DNA from: Candidatus Poribacteria bacterium
GTDB taxonomy: Bacteria > Poribacteria > WGA-4E > WGA-3G
Length of the DNA: 64,000 nt
Reading direction: 5' to 3'
Assembly: GCA_965214095.1 (NCBI GenBank)
Contig: OZ243938.1
Location: 672,001 to 736,000 of the forward strand
The position numbers and the translations under genes were made by a program. Of this stretch, positions 47,660 to 57,196 are shown in pieces (positions within the stretch are counted from its first letter, which is position 1; each line of letters begins with the position of its first letter). The notes under the pieces were generated by a model that was given only the letters and a program-made list of their open reading frames with translations, had not been told where the DNA came from and made no database searches.

Positions 47660-48025
47660 ATGCAAAAAGCATTTCTTATTATTTGTGTCTACTTCATTGT
47701 GTTCGTGTTTTTGGGAATCTTGTGGTATTATCCTGTGATGCCGTTTCTTTTCTATAACACACTTGCGGATGCTGAAATGAAACATCAGATGGAAGACGAT
47801 TTGATTGAATACTATGGAATTGTCAACGAAACACACCAACTGGCGAGAAAAGGTGCAGTTCTTTCTTTTCAAGAAAAAGTTGTATTATTCATAACTCCCG
47901 GTGGTGAATACGGTTTTTTGCTGTTTCCTATAGTTGGTATTCTATGGGGATTGTGGCGTGGTCTTGCCTTCCATTTCCGTACGAGGAAAGAGATTCCTGT
48001 CACGCAAACACCACACACTGTCTAA
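47660..48025 (+). CDS. Small two-TM membrane protein (paralog of 19018-19404)
   Basis: PFLFYNTLA, DLIEYYG, two hydrophobic segments. Confidence 0.7.
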   Translation: MQKAFLIICVYFIVFVFLGILWYYPVMPFLFYNTLADAEMKHQMEDDLIEYYGIVNETHQLARKGAVLSFQEKVVLFITPGGEYGFLLFPIVGILWGLWRGLAFHFRTRKEIPVTQTPHTV

Positions 48026-48330
48026 ACATACAACACATTTACACGTACAGGTATCCAGTTGACGCGTTTTCATATCTGAGAACGCCACGGGTTTACAGAT
48101 TGGTACGACTGCAAATCTTTTTGTATTAAATCGGGTTAGAAACCCCTCCAACAAGAGTATTTAGTGGCAATTAAATCCCTTAAATTGCACGCCTTTTCTC
48201 TTGTGTTTCCGCATGAATCGTGGTATAATGACAGAACTAAAAATTATCGAATTATACGACAATACGCAAGAAATCGTAGTTCCTAACCAAGTTTTCCTTG
48301 AAATGATCTGTCTGTAATCTAATTCCACTC

Positions 48331-49122
48331 ATGCATACTTATGATACTCATACCACTATCCTGTCAAATGAGAGAGTTGCGGAAGATCATTACTTGTTAC
48401 GTTGTGAGTGTTCTGATATAGCACAACATGCACAACCAGGGCAATTCATACATGTCCTGATTTCAAACGGAACAGGACTTTTACTCCGTCGTCCATTTAC
48501 GATATATACGGTTGATGGTAGACATATAACAATGTTATATCAGATCATTGGGGAAGGGACACAGTGCCTTTCTGAGCTACCAAGTGGAGCATCCATACAG
48601 GTGTTGGGACCGCTTGGTAATACGTTTGACATTGCAGATAATCCTGCGATTTTAGTTGGTGGGGGTGCTGGTATAGCATCCCTCATGTTGCTTGCTGTTT
48701 CATTACGGACACAAGGCATAAAGACATTAGGATTAATAGGGGCGCAACACAGCGATAGATTGCTCAGTGTTGATGATTTGGAAGCAATTGGTGTGTCTGT
48801 ACATATTGCCACGGATGATGGGAGTGTTGGACATCACGGGTTCGTTACTGATATTCTAACTGATATCTTAGATAAGAATGGTTTGAAGAATCCGACAATC
48901 TATGCTTGCGGACCACACGGCATGCTCGCTGCGGTAAGCCAGATAACATCTAAATTCGGTGTGCGAACACAAGTTGCAATGGAAAATCGGATGGGATGTG
49001 CTATGGGTGTATGTCTTGGTTGTGTATGTCCTGTCCGTATTAGAGAGAACCGGGTAGAATATCAACGTGTTTGCACTGAAGGACCTGTCTTCAATGCCAC
49101 TGAAATCGCATGGGAAATATAA
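48331..49122 (+). CDS. pyrK: Dihydroorotate dehydrogenase electron transfer subunit
   Basis: PGQF, LLRRPF, GPLGNTF, GGGAG, ACGP, MGCAMGVCLGC...CTEGPVF. Confidence 0.88.
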   Translation: MHTYDTHTTILSNERVAEDHYLLRCECSDIAQHAQPGQFIHVLISNGTGLLLRRPFTIYTVDGRHITMLYQIIGEGTQCLSELPSGASIQVLGPLGNTFDIADNPAILVGGGAGIASLMLLAVSLRTQGIKTLGLIGAQHSDRLLSVDDLEAIGVSVHIATDDGSVGHHGFVTDILTDILDKNGLKNPTIYACGPHGMLAAVSQITSKFGVRTQVAMENRMGCAMGVCLGCVCPVRIRENRVEYQRVCTEGPVFNATEIAWEI

Positions 49123-49130
49123 CAAACAAA

Positions 49131-50210
49131 ATGAAACTAACATTCTATCAGAGAATCACAGAAATTAGCCTAAAAGGTGAGTTACTTTCGAATGCTTGTT
49201 GTGAAAAGATATTATCAGCATCGGAAGTGGAATTACTTCCTCTATTAGACGCTGCGTACCAAGTTCGCAAAAAATATTTTCAGAATACTGTGCAGCTGCA
49301 CATTCTCAATAATGCACAGAACGGTAATTGTCCAGAGGACTGTCACTATTGCGTGCAAGCAAAGACTGCAACAACAGATATTGATACTTATTCCTTAAAA
49401 CCGATGTCAGAGATTCTCGCTGAAGCGGAACAGGCTTATAAATCTGGAGCATACCGTTACTGTATTGTGATGAGCGGCAGAGGACCTAATTCAAAGAAAG
49501 TTAAACAACTGTCACAAATAATCCAAACAGTCAAAGACCGTTTCCCTATTGAAGTGTGTCTATCTGTCGGACTGATCGATGAACCGGCTGCCCAAACATT
49601 AAAAGAAGCAGGACTGGACAGATTGAATCACAATCTCAACACATCTGAATCCCACTATCCAAATATCTGTAACACGCATACATATCAAGATAGGATGGAT
49701 ACATTGCATGCTGCACAATCGGCAGGACTCGCATGCTGTTCAGGTGTAATTGTAGGTATGGGTGAGGATAACAGTGATCTGATTAGTGTTGCTAAAGAAC
49801 TCCAAAGATTAGAAGTTGCCTCAATTCCAGTCAACTTTTTTCTACCTATTGCTGGCACGCAGGTTCAGGATACCCAATCATTAACACCAGATTATTGCCT
49901 ACGAGTATTGTGTTTGTATCGATTCCTGAATCCAACAGCAGAGGTAAGGGTTGCTGCAGGACGGGAACATCATTTGCGTGGTATGGAGGTAATGTCGCTA
50001 TATCCTGCGAATTCAATGTTCATAGATGGGTACCTGAACGCAAAAGGGAAGGAAGCATCTCGGACACTTCAGATGATAAAGGATGCTGGATTTACAATTG
50101 AAACAAACGGGAATATATCTGAATTCCTTCAACATCCCCAGAATGAACAAGTAGATGTACCGCTAAAAGAACTTGAAGTGCTTCGCCCGCGTATTGAATA
50201 CAATGCATAA
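49131..50210 (+). CDS. bioB: Biotin synthase
   Basis: Radical SAM CPEDCHYC, NHNLNTS, SIPVNF, RVAAGRE, ANSMF motifs. Confidence 0.92.
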   Translation: MKLTFYQRITEISLKGELLSNACCEKILSASEVELLPLLDAAYQVRKKYFQNTVQLHILNNAQNGNCPEDCHYCVQAKTATTDIDTYSLKPMSEILAEAEQAYKSGAYRYCIVMSGRGPNSKKVKQLSQIIQTVKDRFPIEVCLSVGLIDEPAAQTLKEAGLDRLNHNLNTSESHYPNICNTHTYQDRMDTLHAAQSAGLACCSGVIVGMGEDNSDLISVAKELQRLEVASIPVNFFLPIAGTQVQDTQSLTPDYCLRVLCLYRFLNPTAEVRVAAGREHHLRGMEVMSLYPANSMFIDGYLNAKGKEASRTLQMIKDAGFTIETNGNISEFLQHPQNEQVDVPLKELEVLRPRIEYNA

Positions 50211-50291
50211 TGAATAGCAATAGCAGTTGTATCTTCTTTTTTAGGATCCATTTGACACACCATCTTTATTTTTCTCTTGTTCTCTATTCCT

Positions 50292-52259
50292 TCATGCCTC
50301 TTCAATAATGGAATCTTTGTCTGGCCATATTTGACAGAAATAATTAAATAAAATTTCTGTTCGCTCGTGAATTGCTGCTTCTATGTCAGAGTCGTTATTA
50401 TTCTTTATTTCCCGTAATTCTTGGTTTAATTTAAGAATTGATCCATCAAAAGACGTGACCTTTTCTTCAAGAAAGGTAAAGTTACCCAAAATATTAAATG
50501 CTGATGAGTTTGGATCAGATAGAATACGTTTTGGTTCATAAGACGAGAACTTCTCAAAATCTAACTCATTTTTATTGTCTCTGTCAATATGTTTTTCAAT
50601 TCGATAGAAGGTATAACTTAGCACAAATACGGCTCGATGTTGAATTGAAAGAAAATCTTGCTCGCGCACTTCATCCATGATTCCCTGCAAGTCTATTGTA
50701 TGTAAACGGTCCTTTATATTTCGTAAACCGAACAACTTTATCTCATCTTCATTTGGCCATTCTTTCCCAGCTCGAGATTCTCGCCAATCACTGAAATCTA
50801 GACAATCAACAAACTTTCGCATAGTGAACCTTGACTTTTTATTTGACGGTTCAACTAATTCAAGAAAGAAGACATCTACTTGATCATATACTTTTTTATC
50901 TTCAAAATCCAATCCTCCAGGGTAGAATAACAAACGACGCATTATACGTGACTCTAAACTCTTATAAACCAACTTCAATTCATTATCAGATATTCTTAAC
51001 TCATTTTTTAAGTGAAGGACAAAAGGAAGGACAAAGGGAAGAAAACTTTGAATTCTGAGATCTCTATAAAATTGCATGCGGATACCAATTTCTGAGTAAT
51101 CATCAATTTTATCATCGGAACTAGGATTAGCATTCTTATAGTCTTCACGATAACCATTCAATTCGCTGAATTCTTGATTAATGAATTCCACATCACTGAA
51201 TTCTTGTTCAACATTCTTGTTTTTTAATTTCCTCAAGTATTGATCCTGATATACCTCAAATTCTTTTTTATTTTTTTCACCTTTTCGATCAGGTTCAAAA
51301 CACTTAGGTCCCAATTTCGCAATGAGAAAGGTCTTTAAAAACTCTTCCAATCTTTCCATAGTCCAGTACTTACGGTTATTCTCAAAATGCCAATACTCCT
51401 CATAGAAAAGGGTCCTATAGGTTCTTTTTTCCTCTCCCTCTTCTTCCAGTCTTCCGGCGCGTAAGAAAAGGTTATTTCTGAGATAATCAAACTCTGAAAG
51501 TTTTCTCCCGGTCGCATTAATCGATTCAAAAATTTTCTCGGACTTCTCATTACCCTCAAGTTCTATCTTAACGACAGTAAATTTGTTTTGGATAGTAGCA
51601 AGCAGATCGTCTAATTTACGAAAATCAAAATCCTTTTCCATGTACCCCCTAATCCACTCATAGAAATAGTCATAGGCTTGAAAAACGTTTACCCTGAGAT
51701 CTTCGAGATTATCTGAAAGATTTTCGGGATTATCTGATAAATCAAACTTGATTTGACTTAACTTAGCGGGGACTAGACAATTTGTCTCTTCATCAAATGC
51801 GTCAGGGATAAGTTTACCATATTCTCCCTTGACAACTTTTTCAAATTCTTCTCCATCGTACTCTGTGAGAACTAATTTATATCTAGCCTCCTCGGAATAA
51901 CGACTTATGGTATCATCTCTGTTCACTATAAGTGCGTTTGCGCCTTGCATTTGAGCATCATGCCCGTTAGATTGAAATATATCTCTAATAACACAAAGAA
52001 TAATTTGAAAAGTTGTAAGGCGTTGCTGTCCATCAATCACTTCAAGACTGCTTACTGTGTCCGGGTCAGACATCGGTTCGATGACAATAATACCTGTGAA
52101 ATGTGTGTTGTCAGTATCCTTGATTTGTGCAAGGATATCTCTCCATAACGCTTCCCAATTCGGTACATCCCAAACATAACGCCGTTGGTAAATAGGAACC
52201 TTATATTGCACAGGGCTACTAAACATATCATTTAAATTAACACTTGCTTTTGAATTCAT
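50292..52259 (-). CDS. DUF262-domain protein (GmrSD/SspE-like) with a degenerate DUF1524-like tail
   Basis: VPIYQRRYVW, HFTGII, IDGQQRLTT, IFESINATG, LRNNLF. The tail has LGNFTFL but no EHIxP. Confidence 0.85.
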   Translation of the reverse strand: MNSKASVNLNDMFSSPVQYKVPIYQRRYVWDVPNWEALWRDILAQIKDTDNTHFTGIIVIEPMSDPDTVSSLEVIDGQQRLTTFQIILCVIRDIFQSNGHDAQMQGANALIVNRDDTISRYSEEARYKLVLTEYDGEEFEKVVKGEYGKLIPDAFDEETNCLVPAKLSQIKFDLSDNPENLSDNLEDLRVNVFQAYDYFYEWIRGYMEKDFDFRKLDDLLATIQNKFTVVKIELEGNEKSEKIFESINATGRKLSEFDYLRNNLFLRAGRLEEEGEEKRTYRTLFYEEYWHFENNRKYWTMERLEEFLKTFLIAKLGPKCFEPDRKGEKNKKEFEVYQDQYLRKLKNKNVEQEFSDVEFINQEFSELNGYREDYKNANPSSDDKIDDYSEIGIRMQFYRDLRIQSFLPFVLPFVLHLKNELRISDNELKLVYKSLESRIMRRLLFYPGGLDFEDKKVYDQVDVFFLELVEPSNKKSRFTMRKFVDCLDFSDWRESRAGKEWPNEDEIKLFGLRNIKDRLHTIDLQGIMDEVREQDFLSIQHRAVFVLSYTFYRIEKHIDRDNKNELDFEKFSSYEPKRILSDPNSSAFNILGNFTFLEEKVTSFDGSILKLNQELREIKNNNDSDIEAAIHERTEILFNYFCQIWPDKDSIIEEA

Positions 52260-52297
52260 TCCTAAATTCTCTTATTCACTTTTTCTTTATTCTTGAT

Positions 52298-54025
52298 CTA
52301 ATAAAGTTCAGGCCATACCTCATTAAAATCTTGTATAAGTTGTTCTTCAATTCCTTGACTTGATAAATAATTTGTAATATCTGTTATTAAACTCTCAAGA
52401 TCCTCCCAACTAAGGTTTCTCAGGTCCATCATTTGATCTTCTGAAATAATTTTATTCAGCACGTACTTAACAAACTCAGCGTTTCTATTCTTATATACAG
52501 ATATCTCCCAAAACGCATGCCGAACTGCGTTATTACTTATATCTATTTCCCGATTACTATGAAGGAGACATTCTATGAACGAGTTTTTGCAGAAGGGGGT
52601 ACCGACAGCCTTACTAAAGCAGGACTCTATAGTCTTAAAACAACTCTCTTTTATATCTGCATGGGTGTGTCCATCCCTTTCGAGAACAAGCAAACTCCTA
52701 ATTATATATGACTCCAATATTTTCGTAGCATCAGAAAGTTGCGCACTATTAGTATGTTCTACGAATAGTAAAAATGAATCTAAATAACGAAAACTAAGGT
52801 CATCACAAAAATTCTTGTAGTTTTCAAATACTTGCGAACTTTGTAACTCTCGAAAAGATTTTGCCCATAGATTTAATTGTTTGAATTCATGCTCGATTTT
52901 GTTTTTAGCAGATGAGTGTGTCTTATCTAAACCTTTACTGTATCTTCGATATAATTCAGATGATTTTATATTTTTTGGCTCAAAACAGTTGGGACCAAGC
53001 TTTGCTTTGAGAAACACACTGAAAAACTTATCAAGCGTTTCTGTAGTCCAGTAACTGCGATTTTCTTTTTTGTCAAAGTAGTGCCAATAGTTCGTATAGA
53101 AAATATCCGTATAAAGTTTCCGACTACCTTCGTCTAATCCCAAGTTGCTGGCACGTAGGAAAAGATTGTTTCTGAGGTAATCAAACTGCGAAAGCATTTG
53201 TCCCGTAGCATTGAGCGATTCAAATATCTCCTCCGACTTATCCCTTCGATCAAGTTGATCAAGATCTATTATAGCAAAAGTAAATTGATTCTTGATAGTG
53301 TCGAGCAGATCGTCTAATTTTTTGAAATCAAAATCCTTTTCCATATAACCTTTAATCCACTTATAGAAGTAGTTATAGGCTTTAAGGACGTTCTTACTAA
53401 GATCTTCTGGCTTGAGAGATACCTCAGATATGATTTCACTTAATTTATCGGAGTCTATGTGTCCGGATGTTTCATCAAATGCATTAGGGATACGTTCATC
53501 ATATTTTCCCTTAACTACTACCTCAAATTCATCTTTATCGTATTCTATAGGAACGAATTTATATCTAGCCTCCTCGGAATAGCGACTTATGGTATCATCT
53601 CTGTTCACTATAAGTGCGTTTGCACCTTGCATTTGAGCATCATGCCCGTTAGATTGAAATATATCTCTAATAACACAAAGAATAATTTGAAAAGTTGTAA
53701 GGCGTTGCTGTCCATCAATCACTTCAAAACTCTTTAAGTTTTTTTCATGAATAGGGCGTGTAACTATAATGCCTGTGAAATGTTTTCTAGCACCTTCTTT
53801 GTCAGGTGTTAAGTTTGGTATGATCTCGGGCTGTTCGCTTTCTTGGCAACTGAATTTTCCTTCCGAATCTTCTATCAGTTCTAATCCTAACTGAGCAAGG
53901 ATGTCTCTCCATAGTCTTTCCCAATTTACTTTATTCCAGATGTAACGCCTTTGAAAAAGAGGCACCTGATATTGCACAGGCGTATCAAAAAATCTATTTA
54001 AGTCAACGCCAGCTTCTATGTTCAT
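52298..54025 (-). CDS. DUF262-domain protein (GmrSD/SspE-like)
   Basis: VPLFQRRYIW, HFTGIIV, IDGQQRLTT, IFESLNATG motifs; tandem paralog of 50292. Confidence 0.85.
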   Translation of the reverse strand: MNIEAGVDLNRFFDTPVQYQVPLFQRRYIWNKVNWERLWRDILAQLGLELIEDSEGKFSCQESEQPEIIPNLTPDKEGARKHFTGIIVTRPIHEKNLKSFEVIDGQQRLTTFQIILCVIRDIFQSNGHDAQMQGANALIVNRDDTISRYSEEARYKFVPIEYDKDEFEVVVKGKYDERIPNAFDETSGHIDSDKLSEIISEVSLKPEDLSKNVLKAYNYFYKWIKGYMEKDFDFKKLDDLLDTIKNQFTFAIIDLDQLDRRDKSEEIFESLNATGQMLSQFDYLRNNLFLRASNLGLDEGSRKLYTDIFYTNYWHYFDKKENRSYWTTETLDKFFSVFLKAKLGPNCFEPKNIKSSELYRRYSKGLDKTHSSAKNKIEHEFKQLNLWAKSFRELQSSQVFENYKNFCDDLSFRYLDSFLLFVEHTNSAQLSDATKILESYIIRSLLVLERDGHTHADIKESCFKTIESCFSKAVGTPFCKNSFIECLLHSNREIDISNNAVRHAFWEISVYKNRNAEFVKYVLNKIISEDQMMDLRNLSWEDLESLITDITNYLSSQGIEEQLIQDFNEVWPELY

Positions 54026-54276
54026 CTCTGAAACTCCAATATAACGAATAAAATTGGACTATATGACATATTAAAGGAAATACATACAACTTTTTCACAT
54101 TGGGTTTATATTACCATTTTATTTGAGTATAACATATTTTGTATGTTTTTACAAATTAAAATTGATTAAACCCTGCACAAGTTATTTAAATTAAGCATTT
54201 AATCCATTTTTTTCGCTGAACAAAGTAAAACATGCAGATCTATCCACAAATTACGTGTTGCGAATGTGTTGCGAAT

Positions 54277-55566
54277 TCACCCAATCTGCTTCAACCCACC
54301 CATATACGGCTGCAACACTGCTGGCAAACGCACTGTCCCATCGGGATTCTGATAAGTCTCAAGCAGTGCTATAACGACCCTCGGCAACGCAGTACCAGAC
54401 GCATTGAGCGTATGAATAAACTCCGGTTTCGCACCGGCTTCAGGACGATACCGTATATTTGCGCGACGTGCTTGGAATGCCTCAAAGTTACTACAAGAAG
54501 ATACCTCTAAATATCTTTCCCTCGCTGGTGCCCAAACTTCAATATCATAGCATTTCGCTGCAGCAAATGACAGTTCCACAGTGCAATGTTGGACAACACG
54601 GTACACGAGACCGAGTGCCTGCAATACTGTCTCCGCATTTTCCAAGAGTGATTCATGTTCTGCATAAGAAGTTTCTGGTGTGGTGAACTTAACCATCTCC
54701 ACTTTGTCAAATTGATGGATACGTTGTAATCCGCGTGTATCCTTTCCATACGCCCCCGCTTCACGCCGGAAACATGGTGTATAAGCAGTATAGTAGATAG
54801 GCAACTCGTCAGCAGATAATATCTCACCCGCAAATAGGTTTGTAACAGGCACTTCAGCTGTCGGTATCAGAAATAGATCGCTATCTGGATTTTCTTCATC
54901 TCTGTCGCACCGATACATATCCGATTCAAACTTTGGGAGTTGACCTGTACCTGTCATTGTTGGACGATTAGCAAGAAACGGTGGTGATACCTCAGTGTAC
55001 CCATGTTCGGTCGTGTGCAAATCAAGCATGAACTGAATCAAAGCACGTTCCAACTTTGCTCCCAAACCTTTGAACAGCACAAAGTTGCTACCTGCTACCT
55101 TTGCTCCACGCTGAAAATCAACAATGTCCAATTGTTCAGCGATCTCCCAATGTGGTTTGAGTTCAAAATCACAACTCGGTTTTTCACCCCATGTCTTAAT
55201 CTCAGTATTATCATCTTCACTGGTGCCAAAAGGTGTACTTTCCTCTGGCATATTTGGGATTGTTAAGAGGATAGCATCAATCTTTGATTTTAACTCGTTT
55301 GCTTCAGCGGTTCGTTCTTTTATGTCCTGTGAGAGTTTCCGCATTTCAGCAATTGTTTCTGAGGCATCCTGCTTTTCCTTCTTCAATTGGGCAATTTGTT
55401 GGGATACCTGATTCTGGTGTGCTTGCAGCGTTTGTGTGTGCGTTAAATTCTCTCGCCACTGAGTATCCAGATCTATGAGTGCGTCTAAGTCTGCATCTGT
55501 TTGACGATCTGCTAACATTTTGCGAACTGCATCAGTATTTTCTCTGATAAATTTGAGGTCAACCAC
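54277..55566 (-). CDS. serS: Serine--tRNA ligase
   Basis: GTGQLPKF, LIPTAEVP, CFRREAG, HQFDKVE, EVSSCSN, HTLNASG motifs. Confidence 0.97.
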   Translation of the reverse strand: MVDLKFIRENTDAVRKMLADRQTDADLDALIDLDTQWRENLTHTQTLQAHQNQVSQQIAQLKKEKQDASETIAEMRKLSQDIKERTAEANELKSKIDAILLTIPNMPEESTPFGTSEDDNTEIKTWGEKPSCDFELKPHWEIAEQLDIVDFQRGAKVAGSNFVLFKGLGAKLERALIQFMLDLHTTEHGYTEVSPPFLANRPTMTGTGQLPKFESDMYRCDRDEENPDSDLFLIPTAEVPVTNLFAGEILSADELPIYYTAYTPCFRREAGAYGKDTRGLQRIHQFDKVEMVKFTTPETSYAEHESLLENAETVLQALGLVYRVVQHCTVELSFAAAKCYDIEVWAPARERYLEVSSCSNFEAFQARRANIRYRPEAGAKPEFIHTLNASGTALPRVVIALLETYQNPDGTVRLPAVLQPYMGGLKQIG

Positions 55567-55633
55567 GTCGGTTCTGCTCCTCTACTGTAGGGGATTGTAT
55601 AAAAACACATAAGTGTATGTGAGAAATGTAACG

Positions 55634-55669
55634 AAAAAACCACAGCATTGTTTGGTACAACCTGTGGCT
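55634..55669 (-). terminator. Putative intrinsic terminator downstream of the tRNA pair
   Basis: Minus strand AGCCACAG...CTGTGGTT stem followed by a T run. Confidence 0.45.
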
Positions 55670-55686
55670 ATTCTTTGTAATATGAA

Positions 55687-55762
55687 CGGGCCCGACGGGA
55701 CTTGAACCCGCGACCTCCTGCGTGACAGGCAGGCGCGCTAAACCAAACTGCGCCACGAGCCC
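55687..55762 (-). tRNA. tRNA-Asp (GTC)
   Basis: GGGCTCG acceptor stem, anticodon arm CCTGC-CTGTCAC-GCAGG, T arm GGTTCAAGTCC; no encoded CCA. Confidence 0.95.
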
Positions 55763-55781
55763 ATAAGATGCCTCTAACAAG

Positions 55782-55855
55782 TAGGCGGGACAGGACTTGA
55801 ACCTGTGACCTACAGCTTGTAAGGCTGTCGCTCTAGCCACCTGAGCTACCCGCCC
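55782..55855 (-). tRNA. tRNA-Val (TAC)
   Basis: GGGCGGG acceptor stem, anticodon arm ACAGC-CTTACAA-GCTGT, T arm GGTTCAAGTCC. Confidence 0.93.
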
Positions 55856-55896
55856 AAAATGAGATTGTAGCATCATCTCATCTCAAGACAATGTTA

Positions 55897-55925
55897 AGTA
55901 TAACACAAACGCTGCGGTTTGTCAA
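55897..55925 (-). promoter_or_regulatory. sigma70 promoter of the tRNA-Val/tRNA-Asp operon
   Basis: Minus strand TTGACA-N17-TATACT. Confidence 0.75.
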
Positions 55926-55963
55926 GAAAATATGATTTTTTTCGTAGATTTTTGGTGTGTGTT

Positions 55964-56461
55964 TCAGGCTATTACATCCATTATTTCTTGAGTAATTTCA
56001 TCAATCAACTTTTCGTCAACACATATAACCTTTGTAAAATACCCTTTGTTTGCCAACATCCTAAAATATTGGGATCTGTAAACATATTCCTCCCTTATTA
56101 TCTGTATGTATCCATTATCTATTCCGTTGTATCGTTCTAACAGTCTTTCATGCTGAGTTTTCTCAGACTGTATGTCCAGAAAAAAATGTTTGCCCTTTTC
56201 AAAGTATTGACTGTCAATGAGACCGCATTTCGAAAACCTGTCTGTACTACCCTCACTTAGGTGTCCGACAGGAAAAACTATGGAAGATGCATATTCTGAT
56301 ATGATAACAATACCTTTTTTATCTGGATCCTCTAAATATCTTTTAAATTCACGCTTACCGTCATAAACAACAGATTCGGATATAAGGGATTTTAGGTGAT
56401 ATGCTATAGTCGTCTTGCCTGCCCCCTGCACCCCGCTCAATGATATTATGTTAGATTCCAT
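55964..56461 (-). CDS. P-loop nucleotide-kinase-like protein (thymidylate kinase-like fold)
   Basis: IISLSGVQGAGKTT Walker A, FFLD...ERLLER; GGAGGA RBS. Confidence 0.6.
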   Translation of the reverse strand: MESNIISLSGVQGAGKTTIAYHLKSLISESVVYDGKREFKRYLEDPDKKGIVIISEYASSIVFPVGHLSEGSTDRFSKCGLIDSQYFEKGKHFFLDIQSEKTQHERLLERYNGIDNGYIQIIREEYVYRSQYFRMLANKGYFTKVICVDEKLIDEITQEIMDVIA

Positions 56462-56842
56462 CTGAATCCTCCTCCGATTTCAGCGTTTTAGTTTTTTTAA
56501 CGTGATGGACTTTCCGAACCTATTAGCAGAAAGTAGTACTGCTAACAATTCTCTGTGTGTCTCATCTTATACCATTTCTAATAAAGAACATACCAATAAA
56601 GAAATAGTTGGTTCGTAGTCGCGCAATTCATTGCGCCTCTTACATTTAAATGAAAATTGAAAATCATTTTTAGATATAGTATTAGACTACACCCAAAACG
56701 ACACCAACGGTACACCTCAAAGATTAGGAAGCAGTTTGACGTAACCCACACATGCATCGTGAATTGTTGTCACATATATTGTGACAAAGATGCAAAATAT
56801 GTGCAATAAGAATAAATTAGGTAGTGCATAAAGTTGCTGTCA

Positions 56843-57026
56843 CCATAGACATCAATTTAAGGAAAATTACGCATTATTCCCCGTGACGGTAGGTTCGGTT
56901 TCCTAACCGAACAGGACCTTCCGCGGAAACCTTTATGAACGGCTTATCACAAAACCGGTTCGGTTAGGAAACCGAACCTACCAGCCTAGGATTGTAGCGT
57001 AATTCCTCCTAAATTGACACCTATGG
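56843..57026. mobile_element. MITE family 2, copy 1
   Basis: Imperfect TIRs CCATAGACATCAATTTA / TAAATTGACACCTATGG enclosing an inverted REP pair GGTAGGTTCGGTTTCCTAACCGAAC. Confidence 0.75.
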
Positions 57027-57196
57027 TACGGTTCCTAAGAGAATCATGTAGAATACTAAACGCGTATTCTATATTGCACATGCTACCAATAGCATTCATA
57101 CCGTTGATTCGGAAATTTATATGAACAAATTCACCAATAATTTGCCTAACCATATAAATGTTCATTCATAAAAAACCAGAGGTAATGAGGAAGACA

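Noticed and set aside
55559-55876. 105-aa minus-strand ORF
   Set aside because: It overlaps the two tRNA genes and is spurious.
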